The notes under the pieces were generated by a model. That model was not told where the DNA came from and searched no databases. It saw only the letters and a program-made list of their open reading frames with translations. From contig CBDCFW010000005.1 in the NCBI GenBank assembly GCA_965216465.1, forward strand, positions 608,001 to 672,000: a DNA stretch of 64,000 bases, given 5' to 3'. This document shows, in pieces, positions 38,149 to 48,844 of this stretch; position 1 is the first letter of the stretch; each line of letters starts with the position of its first letter. A program made the position numbers and the translations under genes. This DNA comes from Bacteroidia bacterium. GTDB taxonomy: Bacteria; Bacteroidota; Bacteroidia; NS11-12g; UBA9320.

Positions 38149-41100
38149 CTATTGCAGCTTAACCACCTTAGCAGTATGAATAGAACCATCTCCACTTAAA
38201 ACAATGTAATAAACTCCTGCAGATTCAGGTAAATCAACGGTTATTTCCTTACCACTTACAGATTCCCGATTCCAGAGTTTACCATCTGTTGAATAAATGC
38301 TGATCCTGGCATTTACGACTGGTTCATTTAAAATTACTTGAACATTACTCCTAGTTGGATTTGGAATTAGCTTTAAATCTCCTTTTGAAAACTCTGAAAT
38401 GTTATTTTGTGTAATTGCCATACATTCAGACGTATCCTTGCACCCAAGCCGTGAAACTATAACTGCAACTTTGCGATTAAACGGAGGGATGATTGAGCGA
38501 TTGTTTTCATTCGCAATTATGTGGTCACGATCGCAGTCGTACCATTCGTAAGGACCAATGGTATCTGCCGAAACTAATTTATTATCATCACGGCTAATGC
38601 CCGGATCTATCTTAACAATGGTCAAATTTATATGTACAAATGAATCGCAGCCATAGATAGATTGGAATGTATCCCAATAAGGCCCGCTTTCTGTCGTAAC
38701 CCGACCCGTATTAAAGGTATATTCGTTGCAAGCAAAGCGACCAACATACGATCTAGGCTCTTCGTGAATTGTAAGGTGGTACCGGACCACACTATCACAC
38801 ATGTCTCCTCGGCTAAAATTTTCATCATATGTCCCACTTTTGTAATACACCTTTCCAGTCGCAGATGTATATTGTACGCAACCAGTGTCAATCACTACAT
38901 TTAATGGAGCAGAATCCACTTGTAGGTTGAGCTGCCATTTTGATAAAAAGGTATCACAGCCTATATATGTTGTATCTACATCTACAAAGCTGCCAGAGGT
39001 AGAATACACAGTTCCACTCCTAGAGATATAAGGACCACACGATGAAATTGGATGCACAATATCATAGGATCTGGACTTGCAAGTTTCGTTCGGAAATATG
39101 CACAATGCCTGATTCGGTTCAAACGACGAAAGAATTGAAGGTCTATGTTTTGGAGGAATTTCTACAACGTGTCCCCAGTTTACCCATTCATTTTTGTTTG
39201 CATATTCATTGTGCTCCGAATAGGCGGTTACGTAAAATCCTTTCGGGTGCTTGGCCAAATGATGTGCAGTTACATTTCTTGGCGTCTCATTGTAGTCATC
39301 ATTCATTCCATTCAGCATAATTTTATAAAGTACTCCTGAAGTATCGTAATGACCAACAAAGTAATCTTGATGAGCCTCAGTATGCGGCAACATATTGACT
39401 ACAATGGAATCACCATTCGTGCTGGTAAAAATTGACGGTGTGTTAATGTTTCTATAATTCATGCATTTTGCTAAAACATATAGATCTTGTTCGCCATCTA
39501 GAATAATGTCACGCGTATAGCCGAAATAATTATCCATTCTTCGTGTCCCTTCTATCCATTCAACCATTCCGTTTGTATTTATCTTCATCACAAAATACTT
39601 TCCTTTATACGCTAAAGTTGTTGAACCGTCTGCGTTCTCAAAGGCGAATCGATATAGCGTATGATAGGCGTCATTGTGTCCAACAATATAAGTTGCACCG
39701 GTTTTACTCGTAGCGCTTTGTGTTGCATATGTTGTAGTTGACCTAACCGTGTTAGGAGCTAAATGATCACCAAGGGTGTAACCTCTTGTAATCCATTGTG
39801 ACACACCTAAACTATCCACTTTTTGAACAAAAAACATGCTTAGAGAATACTCGCCATTCACTCTGAACGAAATGGTATCCTTAGATCCTCCAGGAGGGTC
39901 TGTCGTCATCAGGGTATAACGAGAAACTCCTGTGATGTATACATTCTTATTTTGATCAAATCCGAGTCTTGTAAATGAAATGCTATTGTTGTGAAGAGGA
40001 ATTTCAAATGTTCGTGACCATTTGTAGTTACCATCTTTGTCAAATTTTATCATTATAAAATTATCATTGAGGTCAAAATTGGGAACAAAGCTCCCAATTG
40101 AATCTCCATTTTTTTCGATGACGATTCCCAAATCTACATAGTGTGGGTTAAAACCTCCAATGCAATACACATTTCCATCGTGATCGGTATGTATTTCGCC
40201 TCCCGTAAACACCTTCAGATGACGTGCATTCAGGTGGTATTTCAGTTCTCCATCGGCATTGAGCTTGACATAGAAGCAATTGGTTTGAAGTTCATATTCA
40301 TCTCCTCGGCTATCTTCAACTTTTGTTAGTGCCGTTAAAAGAACGTCTCTATTTACATCTTCGCTTAAAGTTGCTTGGTGAGCAGCTCCGCCTGTTGAGT
40401 AGGTAATGGGTGTTCGAGTTCGCTGAACAACCCACTTCAAAACTCCTAGACTATCGAACCTGGCAACATAACCATCTACAGAGCGTGTACTGCTATAGTC
40501 ATTGCCATTTCGAGATTGAAAAATAGGGTTATCAGGATGTGCTCCATCAATGAGTGTTCCTCCGAGTTTTGAAGGGACCATGTAGTTGTGCGAATACCTG
40601 AAGTATTGGGTATCGTAGCCCATAATCATCGTTGACCAGCTTGGGTTGTTTGCTACGCTACTATTGTTATAGATGTCAGTTAAACTAAGCTCTACACTAT
40701 CTGTACATCCATCATCTGACCAAGCAACCAATTTGACATTTACATTGGAAGGCGACGAATATATTGACTGAGACTCCAGTCCGGCAGATTGGTACCAACT
40801 TGGACTTGGATTGTACGACCACAAATTGTTTTGTGCATCGATACTTTTATCGAAAAACCGAGCCGTATCTCCTTCATAAACATTTATCGATTGAGGGTGA
40901 ATCTTAGCTTTGGTCTTTTCTACGGTAACCATTTCTGAATGAGTTAGCACTGCAGAACAATTCGCTATATGATGGCGAGCCTTTATAAAATAGTCACCAG
41001 ACGCACTAATCGTTGGAGAAATAAAAGCATCAGGTGATCCAGAACCTTCAAGTTCCTCTCCATCTCCGTGTAAATAAGGATGAAGAGAATATATCATTTC

Positions 41101-42411
41101 ACTTTCGGTACTATCCATATTTACAGTAACCTGCTCTTGTTGACAAAGTATTGTATCCGAAAAACTAAACAAAATCGATTTATCTGGCGGAGTAACTGAA
41201 ATATAGGACCTAATCGCGGTATCCCTTTCTCCATCAGCATTTTGTCCTACTAACATTAGCTCATATGTGCCTGGGGTTGGAAACGATTTCGAAATGGTTT
41301 TACAACCACTTCCTGCACTTATCCCATCAATATACCACCAACAGCTACTAGCGGTACCATAGCTTCCTGTTAAGTTAAGATTACTGTTTGTACACTTACC
41401 TCTTGGCGTAGTGATATTCATGTTTAAAAGAGTTGGTCCATTTACCGTATCAGCACGTAATATTACGCCATTGGTGGCACAAGCATAGAGGGTGTCTTGG
41501 TCTGCAGCAAACCCATAGACTTCATAACCAATCGATGCTGGCATTTTTTCAACGAACGTCTGGTCTGATGGACCACTTCTATAAACTCCATTTGAAGTGC
41601 CCACAAAAATGAAATTTTTATAACTAAAGATGCACTTCGCATTGAGTGAATCAACATCAAAATTTGGCCTCTCAGTAAAATAGGAATTGAAGTATTCACT
41701 GTAGGAGTTTCCAGTAATACGTAACCTACTTGAAGTCCCTCTAATAGCCCCGGTCATACCTGACTCAACTCCTTTATGCTGACTAAATGTATGAGTAGTT
41801 GAAACTATCTTATCAAGCACCAAATATTCTGAACTGACCAGAACCAAGTACCGCTGTGAAGAGTAACTATATTCTGCGACATCTTTAAAATCATATGTAT
41901 AAGGACTTGTTATCGTTTCGTATGAAGATGTGTCGAAGCTTACAATTAATCCATCATCCCCTGCAGCAACAAATTTTCCTAGAACGCTATGAAAGGTCAC
42001 CGCATTTAATTTACTATTAATAGGCCCCTGATATATCTCCTTGGCCGACCAATTTTTCATGTCGACCATTAGGATAACGGCTTTATTGTTCACTGTATCC
42101 TCTCCACAAATAAGAGCCTTATCTTTTGCCTTAAAAGAATGTGTTGCACAACCCGAAAATTGCGTTCTTTTCTTGAGTTGTTCAAGTTGGGTGTTATTCT
42201 GAATTTGAAGAGTATTCCAATCATTTTGACTATAGCCTCCATTTTCAGTATAGTAGATTCCCTTTTCTCCTACTACAATTCCTTTAGAACCAATAAAAAG
42301 AATGCCCTTAAAGTTGTCGCCGATACCTGTTTGAGTTGCACTCCATTGTGAAAACACAAGTGAAGGCTGGAATAAAATTAGGCTGAAAAATATAAGTTTG
42401 ATTGTTTTCAT
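38149..42411 (-). CDS. Large multidomain T9SS type A substrate (propeller, PKD and SBBP-like repeats, Cys-containing repeats)
   Basis: Signal peptide, PKD-like FPTPGTYELML, F..KFD..G...W repeats, SIYGCDSFV.INLTI repeats and PNPT...GVYYI...KVVK. Confidence 0.85.
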   Translation of the reverse strand: MKTIKLIFFSLILFQPSLVFSQWSATQTGIGDNFKGILFIGSKGIVVGEKGIYYTENGGYSQNDWNTLQIQNNTQLEQLKKRTQFSGCATHSFKAKDKALICGEDTVNNKAVILMVDMKNWSAKEIYQGPINSKLNAVTFHSVLGKFVAAGDDGLIVSFDTSSYETITSPYTYDFKDVAEYSYSSQRYLVLVSSEYLVLDKIVSTTHTFSQHKGVESGMTGAIRGTSSRLRITGNSYSEYFNSYFTERPNFDVDSLNAKCIFSYKNFIFVGTSNGVYRSGPSDQTFVEKMPASIGYEVYGFAADQDTLYACATNGVILRADTVNGPTLLNMNITTPRGKCTNSNLNLTGSYGTASSCWWYIDGISAGSGCKTISKSFPTPGTYELMLVGQNADGERDTAIRSYISVTPPDKSILFSFSDTILCQQEQVTVNMDSTESEMIYSLHPYLHGDGEELEGSGSPDAFISPTISASGDYFIKARHHIANCSAVLTHSEMVTVEKTKAKIHPQSINVYEGDTARFFDKSIDAQNNLWSYNPSPSWYQSAGLESQSIYSSPSNVNVKLVAWSDDGCTDSVELSLTDIYNNSSVANNPSWSTMIMGYDTQYFRYSHNYMVPSKLGGTLIDGAHPDNPIFQSRNGNDYSSTRSVDGYVARFDSLGVLKWVVQRTRTPITYSTGGAAHQATLSEDVNRDVLLTALTKVEDSRGDEYELQTNCFYVKLNADGELKYHLNARHLKVFTGGEIHTDHDGNVYCIGGFNPHYVDLGIVIEKNGDSIGSFVPNFDLNDNFIMIKFDKDGNYKWSRTFEIPLHNNSISFTRLGFDQNKNVYITGVSRYTLMTTDPPGGSKDTISFRVNGEYSLSMFFVQKVDSLGVSQWITRGYTLGDHLAPNTVRSTTTYATQSATSKTGATYIVGHNDAYHTLYRFAFENADGSTTLAYKGKYFVMKINTNGMVEWIEGTRRMDNYFGYTRDIILDGEQDLYVLAKCMNYRNINTPSIFTSTNGDSIVVNMLPHTEAHQDYFVGHYDTSGVLYKIMLNGMNDDYNETPRNVTAHHLAKHPKGFYVTAYSEHNEYANKNEWVNWGHVVEIPPKHRPSILSSFEPNQALCIFPNETCKSRSYDIVHPISSCGPYISRSGTVYSTSGSFVDVDTTYIGCDTFLSKWQLNLQVDSAPLNVVIDTGCVQYTSATGKVYYKSGTYDENFSRGDMCDSVVRYHLTIHEEPRSYVGRFACNEYTFNTGRVTTESGPYWDTFQSIYGCDSFVHINLTIVKIDPGISRDDNKLVSADTIGPYEWYDCDRDHIIANENNRSIIPPFNRKVAVIVSRLGCKDTSECMAITQNNISEFSKGDLKLIPNPTRSNVQVILNEPVVNARISIYSTDGKLWNRESVSGKEITVDLPESAGVYYIVLSGDGSIHTAKVVKLQ

Positions 42412-42574
42412 ATGGGAAGATTAGCAGTGAACGCAATATACTGCATATTAGTAAATTTCGCCATACCATAAATTGGTTTGCTTCTTGATTGCTTGAATTA
42501 AGGCTAATATTAGGACATTAATACCTTTTATGGTTTAGATAACTCGGTTACTTCATTGGAATTCATTTCATTTG

Positions 42575-43147
42575 CTAACACCTATTTGGTCTTCGCTTTT
42601 CCCATTTGGAAGAAGGAAATACAATCTTACCTCGAACAGTAAAACCATGACCAAACTGATTCTGTTCGCCAGAAAGCTTAAAAGAATAGTTGTACAGCAA
42701 ATCCAGATAAATAAAATTTAAGCCGACAGCAGGTCTGAGATAGCTCGATTGCTCAGTCAGCTCATAGATGCCCTCTCCTCTTACCGTAAATGAGAAGGGA
42801 GGAAAAACAAACAAGCTGTATTCATAAAACCCTTTAACTGCCTGAAGATTATCTCCTTTTTTAAATGCTTGTTCATAGCCCACCCCCCATGTATTCAATT
42901 GTATAACGGTTGGACCACCTGAAACAAAATAGCGAGCGTACGTTCTTCCAATATTGGCATCTAAGGCATTTTGTGAGCTAAAGTTGTATCCCACTGCAGT
43001 ATACCATGTATTACCCCAAGCCTTATTATTGACCTCGTTCTCAACTATTATATAACTGCTATCACTGTGTTGATCCATTGAGTCAGTTTGTGCATAGGAA
43101 GAAATGCAAAACGCAAGAAACACAGCGAAAAAGACTACAAAACGCAT
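42575..43147 (-). CDS. Putative outer-membrane protein
   Basis: Signal peptide (SYA/Q) and aromatic amphipathic strands. Confidence 0.55.
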   Translation of the reverse strand: MRFVVFFAVFLAFCISSYAQTDSMDQHSDSSYIIVENEVNNKAWGNTWYTAVGYNFSSQNALDANIGRTYARYFVSGGPTVIQLNTWGVGYEQAFKKGDNLQAVKGFYEYSLFVFPPFSFTVRGEGIYELTEQSSYLRPAVGLNFIYLDLLYNYSFKLSGEQNQFGHGFTVRGKIVFPSSKWEKRRPNRC

Positions 43148-43244
43148 ATCAATTCAACGAATATACAGAGTTGCAAGTATGTGGCCTGAACAGATCGGCG
43201 CTGTAAGCCAAGCACTAAACCAACAACCGAATCGTTATTCTGTC

Positions 43245-43628
43245 ATGAACCGTTCACACGTTTTGCTGATTGTTTCGATTCTTCTAGTATCTTGTTTCTC
43301 TAACCAAAATAATGATAATCAGGAGCATGAGAACAAAGTGCACCGAACTCAAACCTGGCTAAATCAAGATGTAAATGGTTTTAGCATTATTGAAATCTTC
43401 GCCGATTCGACAGCGAAAGTTCAATTGGCAATTGATCGCCATGAGCACAACGAGCCCTATTATTTCTATAGTGGAGAAGGCAAGATTGGATTGTACGAAA
43501 ATGCAAATGTCGACTTTTGGATTAAGACTCCCGAATTTAGATTTGACTTCCGCTTGTCGGGTGATACTTTATTTGAGATTTCGAAAATGGGTGTTAATCG
43601 GGTTTACGAATTAGGTTCAGATGACTGA
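43245..43628 (+). CDS. Small lipoprotein
   Basis: MNRSHVLLIVSILLVSC lipobox. Start 43245 is preferred over 43104, which overlaps the divergent gene. Confidence 0.6.
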   Translation: MNRSHVLLIVSILLVSCFSNQNNDNQEHENKVHRTQTWLNQDVNGFSIIEIFADSTAKVQLAIDRHEHNEPYYFYSGEGKIGLYENANVDFWIKTPEFRFDFRLSGDTLFEISKMGVNRVYELGSDD

Positions 43629-43661
43629 CACACAAAATAGTCTCATTGCTAATGCGATATT

Positions 43662-45125
43662 TTACTCAACCACGACTTTCAAATAACTCAATTTAGCATC
43701 TCCCAGCTTTAAAAAATATGTGCCTGGAGATAGCTCCCTTACATTTATACTATTACTCGTTCCATTTAGGGAACCACTTATAATCACTTGACCGAGATAA
43801 TTCAACATGGAGTAACTTATATTTTCGTCTATTCCTAGTACCGACAAAACATCTTTAGCAGGGATGGGGTACAACGACAACTCATTTTGAGGTGAAACTG
43901 GATTTGTAGATAGTGCTTCATCAAGGCTAAAAACTTTGACCTGTCCGGCTTCTGCACCACCATCATCATTTCCAAAAGCTCCAATTGCCAACTTATTTCC
44001 GTCTGCCGAAAGACTCAAAGCGGATCCGAAATAATTATAGGATGACGATCCATCAAGTGTTTTACCAAGCTGAAGCCACACTCCCAAATTCTTACGATAA
44101 ATCTTAACCCTGCCTGCGTCTGGTCCGTCGCTGTCAGAGAACCATGCTCCGCAAGCTAATATCGAGCCATCAGCAGAGAGCGAAATAGCCATGCCAAAAT
44201 TATCCTGACTGGCTTCTCCAAGTATAGGAGACCCTATTGGTAACCAATCTCCAGATTTATACTCAAACACTCTTACGTTACCTGCATTATCTGCGAAAGC
44301 AATATCATGACCTGGTGCCCCAACAGCCAATGTTTTCCCGTCTGCTGAAAGCGAAACAGAGGCACCAAAATGATCGACAGGGGCTTGACCAATTATATCC
44401 ATACCTATTTGTGACCACGAGCCTGAATTGTATTCAAATACTCTAACATGACCCGACTCACTTCCATTATCTTGACTAAAATCTGCCCCAATTGCAACAA
44501 TTGAGCCGTCTGAAGAAAGCGAAACGGAATTTCCGCTTTGATCCCCAAGATTTTCGCCATCTATATCGTTTCCAATCTGTTCCCACTTTCCAGAATTGAA
44601 CTGAAAAACTCTCACATGGCCCGAGTTCTGACCATTGCCGTCATTTTCATTTGCCCCAATAGCAATTATATTTCCATCTTCTGATAAATCAAGTGCAGTA
44701 CCAAACAAATCCCCGCTACCTTCTCCTTCAATATTGGCTCCCACTTGTACCCAATCTCCAGATTCAAGTTTAAAGACTCTTACCAATCCGGTACTGTCTG
44801 TGTCGGGAAAATTTGATCCAATGGCAACTGTTGTTCCGTCGTTTGAAAGTGCAATAGACTTCCCACTATTCTCACCCGGATCTACACCAACAATACTGCT
44901 TCCTATCTGGGCCCAGGTATTGTTATCAAGACCATAGATATAAACTGAGCCTTGAGCATTATCATCATAAGCACCAACAGCCAGAGTTTCTCCATCGCCT
45001 GATAGTGCAACTGGCCAACCAAATTCCTCACCACTTGATCCATTTAAATTGGCTCCAAGTTGAGTTTGAGCGATAGAAGTAGTGGAAAAAAATAAAAGAA
45101 GGGTAAAAAGGGGTAAAGGTCTCAT
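43662..45125 (-). CDS. FG-GAP repeat (integrin-alpha-like propeller) protein with T9SS type A domain
   Basis: About seven FG.SVSLS.DG..LA.GA...G.VRVF repeats and YPIPAKD...LSPGTYFLK...KVVVE. Confidence 0.9.
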   Translation of the reverse strand: MRPLPLFTLLLFFSTTSIAQTQLGANLNGSSGEEFGWPVALSGDGETLAVGAYDDNAQGSVYIYGLDNNTWAQIGSSIVGVDPGENSGKSIALSNDGTTVAIGSNFPDTDSTGLVRVFKLESGDWVQVGANIEGEGSGDLFGTALDLSEDGNIIAIGANENDGNGQNSGHVRVFQFNSGKWEQIGNDIDGENLGDQSGNSVSLSSDGSIVAIGADFSQDNGSESGHVRVFEYNSGSWSQIGMDIIGQAPVDHFGASVSLSADGKTLAVGAPGHDIAFADNAGNVRVFEYKSGDWLPIGSPILGEASQDNFGMAISLSADGSILACGAWFSDSDGPDAGRVKIYRKNLGVWLQLGKTLDGSSSYNYFGSALSLSADGNKLAIGAFGNDDGGAEAGQVKVFSLDEALSTNPVSPQNELSLYPIPAKDVLSVLGIDENISYSMLNYLGQVIISGSLNGTSNSINVRELSPGTYFLKLGDAKLSYLKVVVE

Positions 45126-45342
45126 CCCCCTAATTTACATTATTTTTAGCAGTATAGAAAAAATAGCTTCTCAATTCCGTCAAATAACAATATAAAATTG
45201 GGTAAATCTTCATTTTCATAATTCTGCATTATGACTCATAAAATGCAGATAGCGAGAATCATAGAGCATGTCACTTGCACGCTCGATTCAAAGTTGCCCT
45301 CGTTAAAATTTAAATACCTTAAATTAGATGCGACCAAAAATT

Positions 45343-46431
45343 ATGAAAAAGCTTTCCCTCATTTTAATTTTATGTGTTCTAGTATTCTCGGCAAAAGCTC
45401 AATTGAATGCTAGCCACCATCAAAAAATTGACAGCCTAGTTCAAGACCTCTATAATCAAGGAAAATTGCATGGTGGGATATTGATTGCTGAAGGCGAAAA
45501 GGTAATCTATCAATCAGCTTATGGACTAGCTGACAAGAATTTAGGCATTGCCAATTCAACAAACACAAGATTCGTAATCAACAGTATGGGCAAAATGTTT
45601 ACTGCCATTCTTACACTGCAGCTAGTAGAAGATGATTCTATTGCCCTTGAAGATCCTATTTCCAAACATCTTCCATGGTTTAAACATCCTAGAGCTAACG
45701 AAATTACAATTCATCACCTTCTATCCCACCGATCCGGATTGAAAGGATATTTCTTAGAGCAAATTGAAGGACGACTTAATTTTTTCGTTAGTCAACGTGA
45801 AGTTCTTGAAAGTATGGCCAAGCAAGAGTTGAATTTTGATCCGGGCTCAGGTTTCGATTATAGCAATACGGGTTACCTGCTTTTGGGAGAAATAATAATG
45901 AAATACCGTCATGACGACTATTACGCTATTCAGCAAAACCGAATCTTCTCTCCTCTTGGCATGACGAGTACATACAATTCAACCTCCATATATGGACCTG
46001 GCAGTCCAGTTTACTATTCTAGTGACGGCAGTGCTTTTCTTCCATTTCCTCATAACAATTACAAAGGCGATGGAGGTGCAAAATCGAGTTTAGCAGACTT
46101 ACATCGTTTTATGCAAGCAGTAGGAAGTGAAAAATTACTTAAGAAAGAAAGTTGGGATGTTATGTTCGAACAGCATTCTTTACCCAGCGAGGCTACCCGA
46201 CCGTTTGGAGCTCACTTTTTCCCTTATGGATACGGATGCAGCAGTGTTGACTTGCCTTACAACTCTGAAAATGACGAACATGCAGTATTTCATGGCGGAG
46301 CGGGTTATGGTTCTTCGAATGTTATGATTAGATACCCGTCAAAAAACCGAATTATCATTGTTTGGAACAATAAGTTCGTCAATCCCATGCCCGAAGGCTT
46401 GCTAAAATTTCTTGCTTCAATTAGTGATTAA
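45343..46431 (+). CDS. Serine hydrolase, beta-lactamase class C/PBP-like family
   Basis: SMGK (SxxK), LLSHRSG, YSNTGY and HGG, with a signal peptide. Confidence 0.9.
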   Translation: MKKLSLILILCVLVFSAKAQLNASHHQKIDSLVQDLYNQGKLHGGILIAEGEKVIYQSAYGLADKNLGIANSTNTRFVINSMGKMFTAILTLQLVEDDSIALEDPISKHLPWFKHPRANEITIHHLLSHRSGLKGYFLEQIEGRLNFFVSQREVLESMAKQELNFDPGSGFDYSNTGYLLLGEIIMKYRHDDYYAIQQNRIFSPLGMTSTYNSTSIYGPGSPVYYSSDGSAFLPFPHNNYKGDGGAKSSLADLHRFMQAVGSEKLLKKESWDVMFEQHSLPSEATRPFGAHFFPYGYGCSSVDLPYNSENDEHAVFHGGAGYGSSNVMIRYPSKNRIIIVWNNKFVNPMPEGLLKFLASISD

Positions 46432-46534
46432 GCTAAGCATATTTAGTGAGGTGCATTGACCGACTTCATAAAATTTTTAGTGCCATTGGCAAAATTCTAC
46501 TCCAAAGCTTTAACGGTATTGAGTATTTTTGATT

Positions 46535-48286
46535 ATGCTTTTGAAAGCTTTACGGCTAGCTCTATTTCTTGTTTTTTGTGCTGCAATTAACTCAGTACAA
46601 GCTCAATTCATTCTATTTAACGCCGAAGAAAGCGAATACAATGTTCAGTACGAGATAGCATCAAACTCCACTGTTTATGTATTGCACGGATCCAAAGTAT
46701 CTAAAACAACAGACAACGGTAACAGTTGGCGAGAGCTTATGAACTTTGGCAACATCGCCTTAGGCATCCATTTTATTGCACCAGACACCGGTTGGGTTTG
46801 TGGAGGTTCATTGTCTCATGGTTACATCTACCGCACCTTTGATGGTGGAGCCACCTGGACAAAAACCAGCACTCATGGAATTCAAATCTATGACATTCAC
46901 TTTCTCGACACTTTGAGCGGATACTACGTTGGCAACTTTCCTTCCCATGGATCACATTCAGTCAGAAAAACTATCGACGGTGGGAAGTCATGGACAATAT
47001 CTAAATCGGGTGGTGATTATCTGAGATCAATACATGCTTTTGACACTTCATTGGCTTGGGCGATTGGAGACAATGGTAATATATACAGAACTGCAAATGG
47101 AGGAAAAACATGGGAAAAGGGCGAATCTGATGTCGTTCATTTCAAATCTGGATTTGCCACATCTCCTGACTCAATATGGGCGGTTGGATCTCATTTTTAT
47201 GGTAAGTGCTACCTATCTACAGATAGTGGGAAAACTTATCAAAGACAAAATCTTCCAACCTTGGCAGGGCTAAAAACAATATTCTTTTCATCACCTGACA
47301 CTGGGTTTATCACCGGTGATTTCAATACCTATATCACAACGACAGACGCCGGAAAAACTTGGAAGCATGTGAACAGTATGGGGCCTCAAAATCACCTAAA
47401 CGTAGAGGACCTAACAAGCAGTCTTGCTTATGTCGGAGACAGAGCTCGCTTCACTGCAGTACAGGTCATTGATTCAAACTTAGTATACATAAATGCAAGT
47501 ACAACCTTGTTTAAAAGTGTTGATGGAGGAAGTACCTGGACTAAGGATAAATATACTGGTGGTCAAATCTATGCTTTTCAGCATCCATCATCAAGTCATG
47601 GTTACATCGCACATATTAATTGGAAGACAGGTTACTTAAATCGAACATCAGACAGTGGTGAATCATGGACGATAGACACCTTACCACATATAGGCTTTAG
47701 AGATTTAGCGTTTATCAATCAAAATAACGGATGGGCAATTTGCAGAGGTGCAAGTCAAAATACATCTGAAATACATATGACCGAAGATGCCGGAGTAACA
47801 TGGCAAAAACAGCTTGAGGCTCGTGACAACATCATGAGCATCCAGTATTATTCGGATAAGATTGCATGGGCCTGTGGTCATAATGGTTGTATTTACAGAA
47901 CGATTAACGGCGGAAAAGATTGGGAAAGAATGATCACTAAAACAAGTTGCCATTTCAAGGCTATTTACGCAGTTTCAAAACGAAAAATTTTTGCAGTGGG
48001 CAACTATTCTTATGGTGAATGTTACCTGTCTAAAAATGGCGGAGAAACATGGGAAAAAGTACAGATTCCAACCTTAGCACACCTCACAGCGGTCAAATTC
48101 TTAAACAAGTCTGAAGGCGTTATAATTGGGGATAAAGGAGTTGTTTTAAGAACAATAAATGGAGGGAAATCCTGGACCAAGTACGAGACAAATACTGAAG
48201 CCAAACTGAACGACATGCACATCTTCGAAGACAGATCTGTTTTGGTTGTTGGAGATAAAAAGACGATTCTCAGAATAAAGTTCTAA
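46535..48286 (+). CDS. YCF48/BNR (Asp-box) repeat protein with two duplicated modules
   Basis: Many T.DGG.TW repeats. YGKCYLSTDSG...PTLAGL is repeated as YGECYLSKNGG...PTLAHL. Signal peptide present, no T9SS CTD. Confidence 0.85.
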   Translation: MLLKALRLALFLVFCAAINSVQAQFILFNAEESEYNVQYEIASNSTVYVLHGSKVSKTTDNGNSWRELMNFGNIALGIHFIAPDTGWVCGGSLSHGYIYRTFDGGATWTKTSTHGIQIYDIHFLDTLSGYYVGNFPSHGSHSVRKTIDGGKSWTISKSGGDYLRSIHAFDTSLAWAIGDNGNIYRTANGGKTWEKGESDVVHFKSGFATSPDSIWAVGSHFYGKCYLSTDSGKTYQRQNLPTLAGLKTIFFSSPDTGFITGDFNTYITTTDAGKTWKHVNSMGPQNHLNVEDLTSSLAYVGDRARFTAVQVIDSNLVYINASTTLFKSVDGGSTWTKDKYTGGQIYAFQHPSSSHGYIAHINWKTGYLNRTSDSGESWTIDTLPHIGFRDLAFINQNNGWAICRGASQNTSEIHMTEDAGVTWQKQLEARDNIMSIQYYSDKIAWACGHNGCIYRTINGGKDWERMITKTSCHFKAIYAVSKRKIFAVGNYSYGECYLSKNGGETWEKVQIPTLAHLTAVKFLNKSEGVIIGDKGVVLRTINGGKSWTKYETNTEAKLNDMHIFEDRSVLVVGDKKTILRIKF

Positions 48287-48406
48287 CCACATAACGGTGC
48301 ACTTTTTCTACTTTTTGATTTGATTAACCTAACAACACACCCATTATTGACATTTTGAATTCCACATATATTGTTGTATTTTGGCTAACCAAAAAATAGA
48401 ACGAAT

Positions 48407-48754
48407 ATGTGTAATTGTAATTGTCGAGTAATTGGAATTTCTGATGCCGAGGGTAAGAGACCCACTAAAAGCCGTAATGGTCAGCTAGAAGGGGATCAGT
48501 TGTTTGCCTATCATATCAAGTGCTTGAAATCTTGCAAGGGAAGAGCAGAACCTGCTATTTTCACTGCCTGGGGAAAAACTCCCAATGAAGCCCGAAAAAG
48601 CAACTTAGCACGACAGCGATGCAAAACTTTGAGAGATAGCTTAAAGGCTAAATTAAAAAGTAAAAAAATGAAGCCAGGACCAAAAAAAGACAAATTTGAT
48701 TCCAAACATAACCTTGGTATGGCAGGTGTATATAGAAAGCTAAATAGAATGTAA
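48407..48754 (+). CDS. Small basic Cys-rich hypothetical protein
   Basis: 115-aa ORF in its own intergenic slot with an A-rich 5' context. MCNCNC, HIKCLKSC and a Lys-rich C-half. Confidence 0.55.
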   Translation: MCNCNCRVIGISDAEGKRPTKSRNGQLEGDQLFAYHIKCLKSCKGRAEPAIFTAWGKTPNEARKSNLARQRCKTLRDSLKAKLKSKKMKPGPKKDKFDSKHNLGMAGVYRKLNRM

Positions 48755-48844
48755 TTCTTTAAGCAAGTCCTACATCTGATTCTCTCGAGTAACCAAACTA
48801 ATTCTCCTCTTCTCTCAACGTGAATAGTAGTGATTCACCTATTT

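Noticed and set aside
45343-46431. True antibiotic-resistance beta-lactamase
   Set aside because: The motifs only place it in the broad serine hydrolase family, and substrate cannot be inferred.
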